Below, piece by piece: positions 39,344-52,597 of a DNA stretch of 64,000 nt. Position numbers and translations under genes: made by a program. The stretch lies in the NCBI GenBank assembly GCA_964016885.1, contig CAXHJY010000639.1, positions 65,660-129,659 on the forward strand. The letters run 5' to 3'. The stretch comes from Eledone cirrhosa. Its lineage: Eukaryota. Numbering within the stretch: the stretch's first letter is position 1; every line of letters starts with the position of its first letter. The notes below the pieces were generated by a model. It was given only the letters and a program-made list of their open reading frames with translations, was not told the origin of the DNA and made no database searches.

Positions 39344-39439
39344 CTAGTCAAATTACGGATAATAAAGAGGATTCAGTTCGATCTTTGGTCAAAGATCGTA
39401 TCCATTCTTGGGGAGGAGGACATTATTATAAAGATGAGG
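39344..39439 (+). CDS. Candidate cassette exon E (96 nt, phase 1-1)
   Basis: Acceptor ttttttttatttcag. Open phase-1 frame ASQITDNKEDSVRSLVKDRIHSWGGGHYYKDE(G). Donor GAGG|GTATAT. TGCATG at 39512. Confidence 0.7.
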
Positions 39440-42302
39440 GTATATCCGACTTTATCTTCAAAAGCTTTGATGTGTTGGTAGCAGTCATCACAACAACTAG
39501 TTAGCAGCACCTGCATGTATATATGTTCAGTTAAATATGTCTGTCACTGAATATTGCAACAGTTTTACCCACTATTTGGTTCTACTTCCTTTTAAGTTAA
39601 ACTATGTATATACTTACTTAGTAATGGTGTTTCCTGAAGATGTCATATGCACTATAGTAATTAACAAAACTTTGATTCAGTATAAATATTCTAAAGAACT
39701 TCTATTTAAATAAAATACTTAAGAGAAGACTATCAATAAATGCACTCGTTGAATGACCTGTAGTTGATTCTCCAATATGGAATGTTAGTGGAGATATCAG
39801 TTGCACAGGATCAAATATATATATGGCTTGCAAATCGTTAGCTAAGTTATAGGTATAAATGATTTAGAGGTTAATATTACAGTTGCTAATTATCCAAGTT
39901 AGATATAAATTGTTAAGCTTTTACTAACCTTATGTCATAAACTCATGTTCCTATAAAAATATAGAAATATATAACTATTAAACTATTATTCACTGAGAAC
40001 AAACTCTTTCATACAAGTAGGAACGGTTTTCTTCAAGCGAAAAACTCATATGTTTGTGATGAGTTTATATAACTGTGCTTAAATGACTGAATAGGAGAAT
40101 AGGAATTTATAGAACATTCTCATGTGTTTATTTGAGTTAATATCATTTTAAATGTTTAAACAAACATTAAACCAATTAAACCATGTGGTATTAAATATAT
40201 TTAAAGATTTTAATCTTTGATTTATGCAATATGTTTAAATATTCATCTTAATATTCTTCACAATTCAAGCTAGTTGGCATCATAATCCATGCATGTTATC
40301 AAACTACTTTGGTTTGAAAATAGTACCTGCATCAATTATTCAATATATATGTAGTTTTGTTGGGGTTTTTTGCAGAGTTTTTCTTTAAAATATTTTCATT
40401 AACACATAAACATTATGATAAGGAATCACTGAAGCAATATATTTCTATTTTATCTATAGTTTATGAAACCCCATGTATTAAGATAAGAACTTATCATTTA
40501 ATCTTTAGCGAGCTTCAGGCATCTATGTCACCAATAGAGTAATCTCCCCATAATACATAATGCAATGTCAAGGGAAAAAATTCATAAAAAAATTCAGTGG
40601 GCTAAAGGTTAAAAACACTAATGCTGAATTATAGAAGTCAGGAAATGAAAGCAAAAACATTATTTTTGTTCTATTTTTATACGTAATTCCTGTTTTGTTC
40701 CTTTTTTCTGTTGTCATAGGTTCTTGTGTACCCTCATTTGTTATCAATATATTTACTGGTTTTATTTATTGTTATCTGTTTTTATTTATTATTTTTGTCA
40801 CAGTGATAATATTGAGCACTACGTAGTTGTGTATACACAAAAGCACACACACTCACATATATATATATGCATATATATTATATATATCATCATCATCGTT
40901 TAACGTCCATTTAAACGATGATGATGATATTTTTTTCTTTATTTTGGTGTGATAAATTTACTTTTCTCTCCCTAATTTAGTAATTAATTTTATTTTATTT
41001 TCAGTAAATTGCATGTTTATTAAATATGAATTCTAATGTTTATTCTTGCTGATTTTTATATCCCAAGAAAAAAATATAACATTTTCATTCAAATTAAAAA
41101 TATATTTGTTGGTGGTGGTTGTGTGTGTGTGTGTGTGTGTGGTGGTGGGGGGGGGGTATTGAATATTTGGAAAGTGATTTTATAACTTTCTTTCAATTTT
41201 TCAGTGGTTTTGTTAATGCCTTTTGTAATACCATAGACATTGCAACATGTTTGTTCTTTTCTGTATAGCAACATCACATCATCATCATTACTTCATTTGA
41301 TGAATTTTCATTACATACTTTGACTGTACAGCTCTGCATACCATGCTTTGTTTTGTTTTTGTGCTTATGTTTTTCTATTGTATTGGAAGTACTCTATGTA
41401 ATATGTATAGAGTGTTGGACCAGTGTTGTTTTCTCTAAACATTCCATCATCATCATCATCATGATCCCATCATCATCATTTATTTGGAGCTGTGTGTGAT
41501 TGTGTATATACTCTATAATTTGTCCACAATTTGTTTCTCTCAATGATCAATAACTGAGTCATTATGATTTCATAAATCATTTAGCAGGTATTGGTTACCT
41601 TTATGTAATCACTTGTATGTTAAACTATTGACTGTGTGCTAAACTGTTGACTTAGTTCTTTATTTTGGCAGATTAACTACATCACATATTGATATTTGTA
41701 CTTAATGTGATTTACAACTATCTGAAGATTAATCAAGTGCTTTCACAATCTACTGCTTTCAGTAGATAGTTAGTAAATAAAAATTCAACCTATGAGAATC
41801 ACATTCAACAATTTTCAGTTTGTTGTTACCAAGGAAACTGTAATGTGTTGGGAAAGGGTATTCTTATAACTGTTGTTGTTGTGTAACCCCAGGTCAGTTC
41901 AGATGAAACAGACATGATCAAAGGCATTCCACCTGTAATTATGTCTATATTTATATCAGAGACTACATTATTCAATGTATCCTGATTTTTATTAAAGCCA
42001 GTGAGATACAATTTAAAGAAGATTTGGTTGCTGTTTCTAGTAGATTCAGCAACTATGCTTTCTTGTTAGATTATGTCCTATGTTTATAATATAGTTATTT
42101 TATTGAGTAAAAAAAAATTGGCAGGCTACAAACTGTAGAGGAAACTGTGTTGTAGATAAAAATTGTGCAGAAGCACATCATGATGATATGCATTACTGAG
42201 TTGGTTCTGGGTTCAGTTTTGATGCATGGCACCTTGAGCAAGTATGCTCTACTCTAACTTCAGATTGAATTTGGTAGATGAAAACTACCAAAGCCCGTCA
42301 TT

Positions 42303-42335
<33 letters not shown>

Positions 42336-43435
42336 CTCTCTCTCTCTGTCTGTGTTTATGTCCCATAACTTAGCAGTTCAACAAAAAATAAATTGATAGA
42401 ATAAGTATCAGACTTTAAAAAATAAGTACTATGATCATGAAGATGGTTCCCCAGTATTACCATTGTCTAATGATTGAAACTTTTATCATCATCATTTTAC
42501 ACTAGATGGATCTTCCCCTGCAAAATCTGTTTCCAATTATTGCATTTATTTTTTCATCCCCTCTGTATCTGTAAAAGAATAAAAGAATTTAATCAATCCC
42601 AGAATATTACTGGTATATATTTTATCCACTGCAGATAGTTAGAGTCAAGTTGACCTATATATGATTTTGAATCCAGTACATAGGATATATTGAAATACTC
42701 ACAAGGCATTTCATCTGTTACACTGTTCTTTCTACCACTCCACTGCACTATGTTTAACAAAGACAATGAAGATATCATTAGTTGTGTTAAAATATTCATG
42801 CTTCAGAAACAGGAAAGATATCAGTTTAATTTGAAAAACTATTCAAGGTATTGATAATCAAATTAAAAAAATTTCTTTATATATCTTCATTTTACAACAC
42901 AAGTAAATTACATAGCCACATATCAAATTACTGGTCATCTAATCCTTGCTAGCAGGGAAAACATACATTAAATGATGATGTATGTATGAATTGTTTGATT
43001 ATATATAATCAATGGATGGATGAATTCATTTGGTTTCAAGTAGGGTAGTTGTGATATTCATTCCTTTTTCAAATGAAGTGATATAGCTACTATTGGTAAT
43101 TATAAATCCATTCAGTAATTCAACCTGCTATAAATAGTAACCAAATCTTCATAAAATCACATCTTTCTGTATTAATATAGAAAAGACACATTAGATGATG
43201 ATGTCCAAGTCACCTGAAAAAGAAGACAACATAATAATGGCTGGAACATATTTGATCATAGGTCTTCTCAGTCATGGCTGACCTGGGTCTGTACAACAAA
43301 TTCACCTTTACCACACTAACATTACATACCATCTCTATATAATAACCATTACAAAAGTACACAGATAACAAGCATTGTTAGCTGCCTATATACATTGTTT
43401 TGACCTGTTAGAAAAAGCAATCAAATATACTTTAA

Positions 43436-43643
43436 CCCTTTAGCATTTAAACCGGCTGTATTCGGCCAGAACTCTCTCACCTCTTTCTGTTCACACCAGC
43501 TGTAACCAGCCACCCATACTGATGTTAAGGTATTGTTCTCAAAATAAATAATATCAAAATCTCATAGATTCAATATTATGTGAGATAAAGCCATTACCAT
43601 GAAAATACTATAGTAAATATAGAGTAATGTAAATGCCAAAGGG
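43436..43643 (-). mobile_element. piggyBac-type MITE, opposite orientation, nested in the dispersed repeat
   Basis: TTAA|CCCTTTAGCATTTA ... TAAATGCCAAAGGG|TTAA. Interior is the reverse complement of 33144-33374. Confidence 0.85.
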
Positions 43644-44792
43644 TTAAATAACATCCTACCATCTTATAAAAGAAAGCACACAATAGATAATGTAGTACTA
43701 GATATACTTTGTTTGAATAAAAGATGGAATAGTCATGGCTGGATCAAGGCTGACCTGAGGCTCAACAACAGCAGCCAGATTGTAGATTCAATTTACTGTG
43801 TCTTCTCAATGCTTGCTTTAAAACACATTTTTATTTTGTCAAAGGCATGAACATCACATAATATTATTTACCTCACTAATTACAAATGTGACATGTACTG
43901 TATTATACAGGGGCTGCAACCTGATTTGGATTCTTAGTTGAAAGCATTTCAACTTTCACTGACAGTAAATAGTTATGATTGTTACAAAATTCTATGTTTC
44001 TCTTGTACTTAGTGAAAAAAACCCAATATCTGTTATCGAAAAATAAAAAAATTTAGTTGTAGAAACTGGAGGTTGATCAAAAATGAATTAATGTGGAAGT
44101 TATTCTAAAACTAATTAATAGTAGAATATTATGTTTAAACATCAATATTATCAAGTCAATTTAAGAGCTATGTATTTGCTAGAAATAGCAGCTAAATCTC
44201 AACTCAAATCACATGCTAACAGCATCTTAAACAAGGTAGAACACATTGGATAATGTAGTCCTATATACTGCTAAAAAGATGGGATGATCATGACTGGAGT
44301 GTCTTTGATTATAGGTCTACTGACTTAAGGCTAAACAACAACACTTAAAATCAAGCCTGGAGCCTAATCAGGCTGGTGTTTATCCTGATTTCATTGATGT
44401 TAAACAACTGAGAGCGCAAGATTCAACGTGGGCAGGATGCCAGTCCATCACAGGTTTAACTCCCAGCTTCTGCTAATGATAATGTTGTTTATACACACAT
44501 TTTATTATTCATTACTAGTGGTAAAATGTGTGTATAAAACCAACAAACTACCTGCATCAGTTGTTAGCTGTTGGGACACTGCATCCTTCAAAACTTCCAT
44601 GCTTCCCAAAATTCACCAACACTAGACCTGATATTCCCCCTACATACACACGCACGCATGTGTGTGTCTATCATGACTCATACACTGTTCACTTTCATGA
44701 CATTTGTACATTATTCTATGTACTATACATGCACCTTTGATGAGTTGTAGTGCATCTGAGCACTGTCCACAATCATTTTCATTATGTTATAT

Positions 44793-45210
44793 TATTGACC
44801 TTGCCTAATTGCACCTCTCAAAGGTGATGGCACAGGACCGAGACTTCTGGCATTATGCAGTAATACAGAAGACCCAACTTCCCACGGGTACAAACCGAAG
44901 CTGAAGCATATAGACAGTATGACTCCACCCCGCTCCCACTGTAAAGTGGCCGTGTAGGTGTCATCACAAAAAGGCACCCAGTCCACACTGTAGAGTGGTT
45001 GTGTAGGTGCCATGGTGAAAAAGCACCCAGTACTCACTGTAAATGAGGTTGGTGTTAGGAAGGGCATCCAGCTGTAGAAATCAAGCCAAAATCAGTTCTG
45101 TATGAGCAAGACATGGTCACCTGACCTGGCATTGCCCACAACAGGACAAGCTGTCTAACCCATGCTAATGTGGAAGAATGGACGTAAAACAGTGATGATG
45201 ATGATGATAT
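44793..45210 (+). mobile_element. RTE (second subfamily) 3' end fragment
   Basis: Matches 24560-24965 and ends in (GAT)n. Confidence 0.85.
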
Positions 45211-45879
45211 TAAATCAACTTGTGTTACAAATGTAATTATCAAAATTTCTGCTAATCAAAATATTGGCACAGTGGGTCATAAATTCAAAACTTATTTACT
45301 CAACATTGTTTTGTACCCTTAGGCAAGGTATAGCATATTATGTTTCTTTATCTCTTAATCTCTCATCTTATTTCATGGAAGAATAAATATATAACTATAG
45401 AAATATGCAAATATCGAAATTTGCATAAACAATAATTGCATGAAATATTGTGATGGCAATGTATTTGTTTTGCAAGGTTTTTGATATGAAATCGTGTAAA
45501 TATTGTATGTTAAAAAAAAAGGTGTGGAAAACATTAGGAAACATGTTATAAAACGGTTGTGTTTAAATTTCTAAAGAAAAAAAAAACCTTCCAATACAGA
45601 AACAGATTTAAATGTCAAGAAAGCAGTGTTGAACCTGAGTAAGAAGTGCTTTTTTTTCAAATTGCTGAAAACAGAAGCAGTAGCAGTTGCAGCTGAGGCT
45701 GCAACCCCAGTAATGGTTCATTTTTGTGTGTCTTTCTGCCTTATTTATTATATTGAGAATTCTAGCCAAATTGTATATAATAAATCAATAAAATTTTTGT
45801 TTTGCATTGAATTATTAGAGTTCTGATAGCTAGTAGAGAATAAGGATTAGTTTACAATATAATGTTGTGTGTGAGAGAG

Positions 45880-46575
45880 ATCATGATGTTTACGGCTGCT
45901 TTTTCCTGTTTGCATGGGTTTAACAAGTCCTCTTCAAAACTGTCCTTCTACTTGTGTTGCTTTGTCATCTCATTTGTGAGGTTCAACATCATAAGATCAG
46001 CCTTTATTCCACTTGGAACTCCTAGAGCATTTTTGCCCAACTGTCATCATTCATATACATTACGTTTATACTAGCACAGTCTTCTTTTCTTTGCAAATAA
46101 CACCCGATTCCGCTTTTGCCCAATTTTTCTCTTGACTCATCTGTACTTCGTCATTCATACACACTAATGTTATACAGCCAGTGGAGCATGCTTACTTCAT
46201 TTCTTTCACACATCATCTGCATTCAATGTCCATGTCTTACTACCACACAGCATTGCACTACATACACAGACATCATAGAATCTCCCTTTCATTCAGATAG
46301 AGATTCCCTTTATATCTGCAGAAGTATCAGCTTGCTTTACCTTTTCGACCCTATTCTTATTCTACCTATTATGCTTCCAGTACACCCTCTCCCACTGCTA
46401 ATTAGGTCACTTTGGTAACATAAGCTATCAACTACTTCTATGGTGCCTTCTGAGCATTGGAAATATATTATTTTACTGGTGCTTGTACTCTGACTATCCT
46501 GTGCATCTGCCACATAGAAAATCTACCTTCTCTGTTAGCCTGCCTGCAATTCCACTACATATGTTGTGTACTCAC
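45880..46575 (-). mobile_element. Old decayed RTE LINE 3' fragment, antisense
   Basis: Degenerate reverse complement of the RT C-terminus and Cys-rich region. Confidence 0.65.
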
Positions 46576-47593
46576 TCATATTTATTGATTTATTGAGGAT
46601 GATATGTATATTGTCCAAGCAATGAAAAACAAAAGCACATAAAAATGATGGTGGTAGTAGTGTTGATGATGATAATGTAGTAGTTTCCATAAGCAAACAA
46701 CTCAACAAAGTTGTTAGTTCCTGTTACTGTTGAGTTGTTCTGTTAGTGAAATGTCACTTGTCAACTGCAAACCTCCCTGCCTTATCAACTAACAGCTGGG
46801 TGTTGACAGGTGACAATTGCCAACTATAATTAAAACTGTTATTTCACAGTTATGGTATGTGTGTGTGCATGTATGAGGTATCATCACCATTGTCCGTATC
46901 ATCATCATTTGTCAATATAATCTGTTACATTATGTAGAAGTGTCAACCTTTTTGCAGTGTTAGTCATATACATATATATCCTCATTATCATTGTTTTACA
47001 GCTGTTTTTCCATGCTTGCATGTGTGTAATTATACATACATGTGTCTGTGTGTAAACATACGTATATATTCATTTATCATCATCATTTTACATCCAATTT
47101 TCATATTAGCAATGGGTTTGATGGGTGCCATAAACCAAACCAGTACTTAATTAGCATTACTATCCTCCTAAGTGGGTCAGCGGACCACATTTTGCTCAGA
47201 CACATTCTTTTTTTTACATGGTTTTTACAGCTGGATGCCATAGTGTATCAGGTGTTTTTCATTGTGGCATCATCACTAGGGAGATTATCATGACCATTGT
47301 GTAACTAAAGAATCTTCTCTGTCCCTTTTTTGGGGTGGTAGGCATGGGTGCACTTCGTAACGTCATCTTATTGTTTGAATGTCAACCATTTTATAGAGTG
47401 TATTGAGTACATTTTATAATGACACCAACACCAAGGCAAACAGGATCCAAAGTGAAAACAGAAGGTAGGTTTAAGGGGAACAGAGATGTATGACAAGTGT
47501 GGTGGGGTAAACACTGATGGAATCATGGAAGGGAGTAATGAAGAAAATAAGGAGTGGCTTTATGAGGGATTACTGGTAGGAGGTTGAATAGGC

Positions 47594-47990
47594 ATCATCA
47601 TCACCATTTAACGTCCATTGTTCCACTCTAGCATGAGTTAGATGGGTTGTCCCGTTGTAAATCAAGCCAGAACAGGTGACCATGTATTGCTCATACAGAA
47701 CTATTTCTGACTTGGCTTCTACAACTTGATGCCCTTCCTAATGCCACCCACATTTACAGTGTGGACTGGTTGCTTTTTGTCATGTCACCAACACGACCAC
47801 TTTACAGTGTGGACTGGGTGCTTTTTTCGTGGCACCAAAACAATCATTTTAGTGTGGACTGGGCGCTTTTTGATATGGCACCAAAACGACCACTTTATAA
47901 TGTGAATTCGAACACTTGCACTTTAAAGTGTGAACTGGATGCTTTTTGTCATGCTACAGAGTGGACTGGGCGCTTTTATCTCATCATTGT
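47594..47990 (-). mobile_element. RTE 3'UTR fragment with expanded ~45 bp subrepeats, antisense
   Basis: (CAT)n start, repeated acagtgtggactggg...cttttt...cacca units. Confidence 0.75.
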
Positions 47991-49400
47991 TTAATGTCTG
48001 TTTTGATGATGATGATGATGATTTATGGTGCAAAGGGATAATTTTAGATACAATTTACTTAGTGTTGGCAGTGTGGAGTTGAAAGTAAATGTGAAAACAT
48101 TCTCCACATCAGTACAACATGCAGAACTATCATCCTTGAAAAGTGGAGGAAAGAGGTTTTCCACAAAGGTAGAGAGCATTGACAAAAGATAAAAAATATC
48201 AACCGTAGTATGAGAGAGCTTGCAGAATGTGCACAGTATAGAGGCAGCCGTCATGATTCAGATGATGGCCTTAAAGGATTATTATTATTATTATGAAAGG
48301 TCTTGTAGATTGTCCGTATTGGTAAAGTACCGGACAAAATGGTTTGTGGTATTTAGTCACGACTTACTACATTCTGAGTTCAAATCCCACAAGGTCAACT
48401 TTACCTTTTATTCTTCCAGAGTTGATAAAATATAGTAGCAGTTAAGTACTAAGGTCAATATAATCGATTTCTACTGTATCAAATTGCTGGCCCTGTGTTA
48501 GTGTTTGAAAGAATTATTATGAAAGGTCTGGATCTTGAGGTAAGGACATTCTTCCTAGAACTGGATGGTAGATCAGTGGTCTTGGAAGTGAAGGTACTAC
48601 TTAAGTGTTTAAGACTGAAGCCAGGCAACCAGACTTGTTCAAGTGTCTGGAAACACCCTCCTGCTCATTAGTATAAGTGAGCAATAGGAATGGCATCTTA
48701 AATGTGGAATTAGCTGGCAGGCTTGATTTTGATTTTCCAAATATGTGCTTGGACTAATTGCATTGGGTGGTCCAGGAGGTATCTAAATCTGTTGGGCTAC
48801 AATATAGAAACTGTCAAGTAGTTGGCTTCAGATCACAAGTTTGTGATCTTCCCGGTTAACAGACAAGGTCCCAGTTACTGGCTGCTGAACATCTCGTTCC
48901 TAATCAAACCTTACAGGGCCTGGTTATTACTGTTGTTTTTGTGTAACTGGTGTGGTAAGATTTGCTTTGAAAAAAATTTGGTTACTATTTCTAGTCAACC
49001 CTCCTTTGTTGGTTTGTACCATTAAACATATCTTTTCTTTGGTGTCATCTCTGCTTTATATCTGTTAGAAAAGGAGATTCTAGAATTTCTGTTCTTCTGT
49101 TTGAACTATAGTTTAATGTGACAATGTAAAAAATGAGAAAGTTAAATTAAAATAAAGAAAAATCCATTATATCTTCGTTTCACCTTAAATTGTGCTTCGA
49201 GTTCCCAGAGATTCTTGTGACAAAACACAACCATAATATATTCTAATATTAAACTTCTCTCCCGCTCGCTCACCTCCACCAGCTTCTGTTAATATAACTA
49301 TCCAACTTCTACCTGGCTGTCTAATCTATTTATCTATCTACCTGGTGTGTGATGTTATTTCAAGTAGTTACGTTTCACGTCCACGCACATGCAATACCGT

Positions 49401-49592
49401 AACCGTGTTTTCATCCACTTCTTAACTTCGCAAACTATTGCTATAGTTTGGTATTTTGTTTAATAAAAAAAATACCTCGTGTACAGAGTCAGTAATAGCG
49501 GAACTGTGTTTTCATCCTCTTCTTAACTTCACAAACTAATGCCATAGTTTGGTATTACATTTTATGAAAATACTTCGTGTACAGAGTCAGTC
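49401..49592. repeat. Direct tandem duplication of ~100 bp
   Basis: aaccgtgttttcatcc...cgtgtacagagtcagt present twice with few differences. Confidence 0.85.
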
Positions 49593-51348
49593 AGTTAGAA
49601 TCAGAAGCTAAGTAATTCAAATTGTAGAAGCAGTAATGTTATTTGTAAAGTCTTTATTCTTTCATTTTGCTTTCGTTTTCGTTACTGAAAGGAAAATCAC
49701 TAAGTTAATCAAACAATAAAGGTGCTCATACAATTTTTTCTCTTTATGATCTTATTTATTTGTTTTTCTTTCTCTGTCTCTCTCTCTTACAATCGTTGTA
49801 CCTATTTTCTTTCATAGTCTGTATTGCAAAGCATCTTTTCATTGTGATGTGAATGTACATATATCAGTCTCTTTCATTTTTTGTACCCCTCTTTGCCATT
49901 GTATTCTCTCTCTCTCTCTCGTTCACACTAATTTACTCTGAAGAGGGAGATGCACTTACTATTTTAAATAAATACAAAAAATAACTACAGAAATTTGGCT
50001 TCTTATCACCAACTACCACTGATCGATACTTGCACCTACCCTCCTCTCCCCTCTCACTCTTTTCATACAGTAGTATTCGTAGTAGTTTCTTTATGTCGGT
50101 GTTACATACATGCTGCTGCTGCATAAACGTACTGGACACATGAGCACAGCTGAGTTATCACCATCATTACCACCAACTACTAGCACCATTGACACCGTCT
50201 AATACTGCTGTCTCTACCGTCCGTCTTTTACCCGAACACTTCAAACACTCTACACGGAAAAACTGCTGAATGAGTGAGTGATATATTACTTCTATTCCAT
50301 TCATGGTTGTTGTTTTTTAACCCCAGGTCAGTCGTGACCATCATGTCATATTTTTATTCAGACATACCACATCTGGGACTACCACTAACCAATATGTCCT
50401 TTTTTATTTATTTGAGATATATTAGTTGTCATTTCTAGCAGGTCAAATGATCAAGTAAAGACCCGTTGGGTGTTTATTTTCAGTTCATATTGATTTCATT
50501 CTTATCGTCTGTCTAATCCTCCAGCTTCTCTCGTCTTAATAGTTCATGTTCCCACTCTATATCATTGAAACTCAATTTGTTCCTCTATGCATATATGTAA
50601 AATATAGGTATGCATACATGTATGTTGCATGAATGCATGTTTGATACTTACTACATATACATATATGTATGTTTACATACGCGCACACACACATGTTTAT
50701 ATATATATATATAATCATTGTCTCTGACCAAGCAGCAAGGTACACCATGCTTGACCTTCCTGTCTTGTTTCAGCCAAAGTGCATAATCGTCTGTTCTTAA
50801 AAAAAAAAGACTAGGGTGTAATTTGAGAAAGTTTTGGCTGCCATTTCTAACAGGTCATGATTTGATGCATGTTGTATATGTTTGTGATGTTGCTCTTGTG
50901 TATCTATGTATCTGGGGATAACCCTGTGTCGATTGTGTGTCATGAGCTGTGCTGCTATTAAATATACTAAATGTATCCATAGTTATGTGTGCGTGCGTGT
51001 TATGTCATGTATGTCTACCGGTTTCAATTTAGGTGTGCGTGTTTATGTGTTCTTTTCAAATAGTGTATTCTTTTAAATCTAAACTATTTCATTTCTTTAC
51101 ATTTTTAATATTATTGTTAGTCATATTTAATTTTCTTTTTGTCAGAATAGTCCATATATAATATAGGTGCGAGTGAGCTAAACTCTTGGATTTGTCATAC
51201 GTGTTAGTCTGTGCCCTAAATGTGGTGGCGGTGGTGCTGACTACATTCCAGTAGTCGCAGCACAATTCCTTAACTCAACCCTAACAATCCTCCATATCTA
51301 AGTAATCATATAGTGTGGTTCATATTCCTTTCCTACTTACTGTTGCTG

Positions 51349-51394
<46 letters not shown>

Positions 51395-52432
51395 AATGAA
51401 AGTATATAAATTATTGTGAGCGTGAAGCCAACAGTGACTATAACGTCAAAATGGAAAAATAGTTATATATAGAGAGAGAGAGACGACACACATACATATA
51501 TACACACTTACATATATACACATACACACATTATATATATATATATATATACACACGCATAATACACACACACAGACAGAGACAATTATGAGATAAAAAT
51601 TCAGTCAAACTAAAGCACATAACCTGCCGACAAGTCTATCTTGTATTAAGAAGTAGGAAAAATATGTTACTATATATATATGACAGTAATGTTTAAGGGT
51701 TGCTATATACATATCTAGATTACTATCCTTACAGATTACTATCTATAACTGACAGCCAAAAGTTAATATAGTAGTTGAAGGATTTCTTGTCTAGTGATCC
51801 TATGAGTACACAGTTGAAACTCCTCAGTAACAAGACTCATCATTTAGTCATATTAAAGAATATTAAAACCCTATTTCGGTTTGAGTACCCATTCTCCCGT
51901 TCATGGAGATATTATCTAGCATCTGAAAACTCCGAGTGCCTAGGAAGATGTAATCCAATTTACCGTGTGTTTTACATAATATGATATATAAACTTTCAAC
52001 TTTATTCGTTTGAAGGAAAATAATGAATTCCCGAGAGTTCTTCAATAAGAACTAAGTGCTAGTGTTTGAAATTTCTTTACTGGGTTTTGAAGTCTAAAGG
52101 CACACTGGGAAGACCTTTGTTACGGCTTGTTCAAGATTGCAACTGAATATCCCTTATCATTTCTTCTGTCACTCTGTGTTGGGTGGGACGTGTAATCATG
52201 TTTTAAGACTATTACCACTATGCGAGCTGTGTCAGTCAAGCGTTTTGTTTACTTTTTAATAAGTAGCCAGATTGTGCTACTTTTCAGAACTTTTTATTTA
52301 ACTTAGGCTACTTGCTATAAAATTTTTTTTTTTAAAGTAACAATCGTATGGAATACCATACTGTATTATCAGCTAAATAAATTTGACGAGCAGCAAGCAA
52401 TAAATTGGTAACCTAGTGTTACACAATAGAAA

Positions 52433-52597
52433 AATAATTGTTTATACTTTTGGCACAAGGCCAGCAATTATCCCAGTGCATTACGGGTACTTTATTTTAT
52501 CGACCCCGTAAGCATGAAAAGCAAAGTTAACCTCGGCGGGATTTGAACTCAGATCGTAAAGGGACGTAACTCAATGCTGCAAAGCTTCCGACCCTCT
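52433..52597 (-). mobile_element. SINE family 1 copy, head truncated
   Basis: Match to 2561-2730. Confidence 0.8.

Noticed and set aside
46700-46830. Short hairpins that could be a pre-miRNA
   Set aside because: Stems are short with large loops and no recognisable mature miRNA; unsupported without small RNA data.
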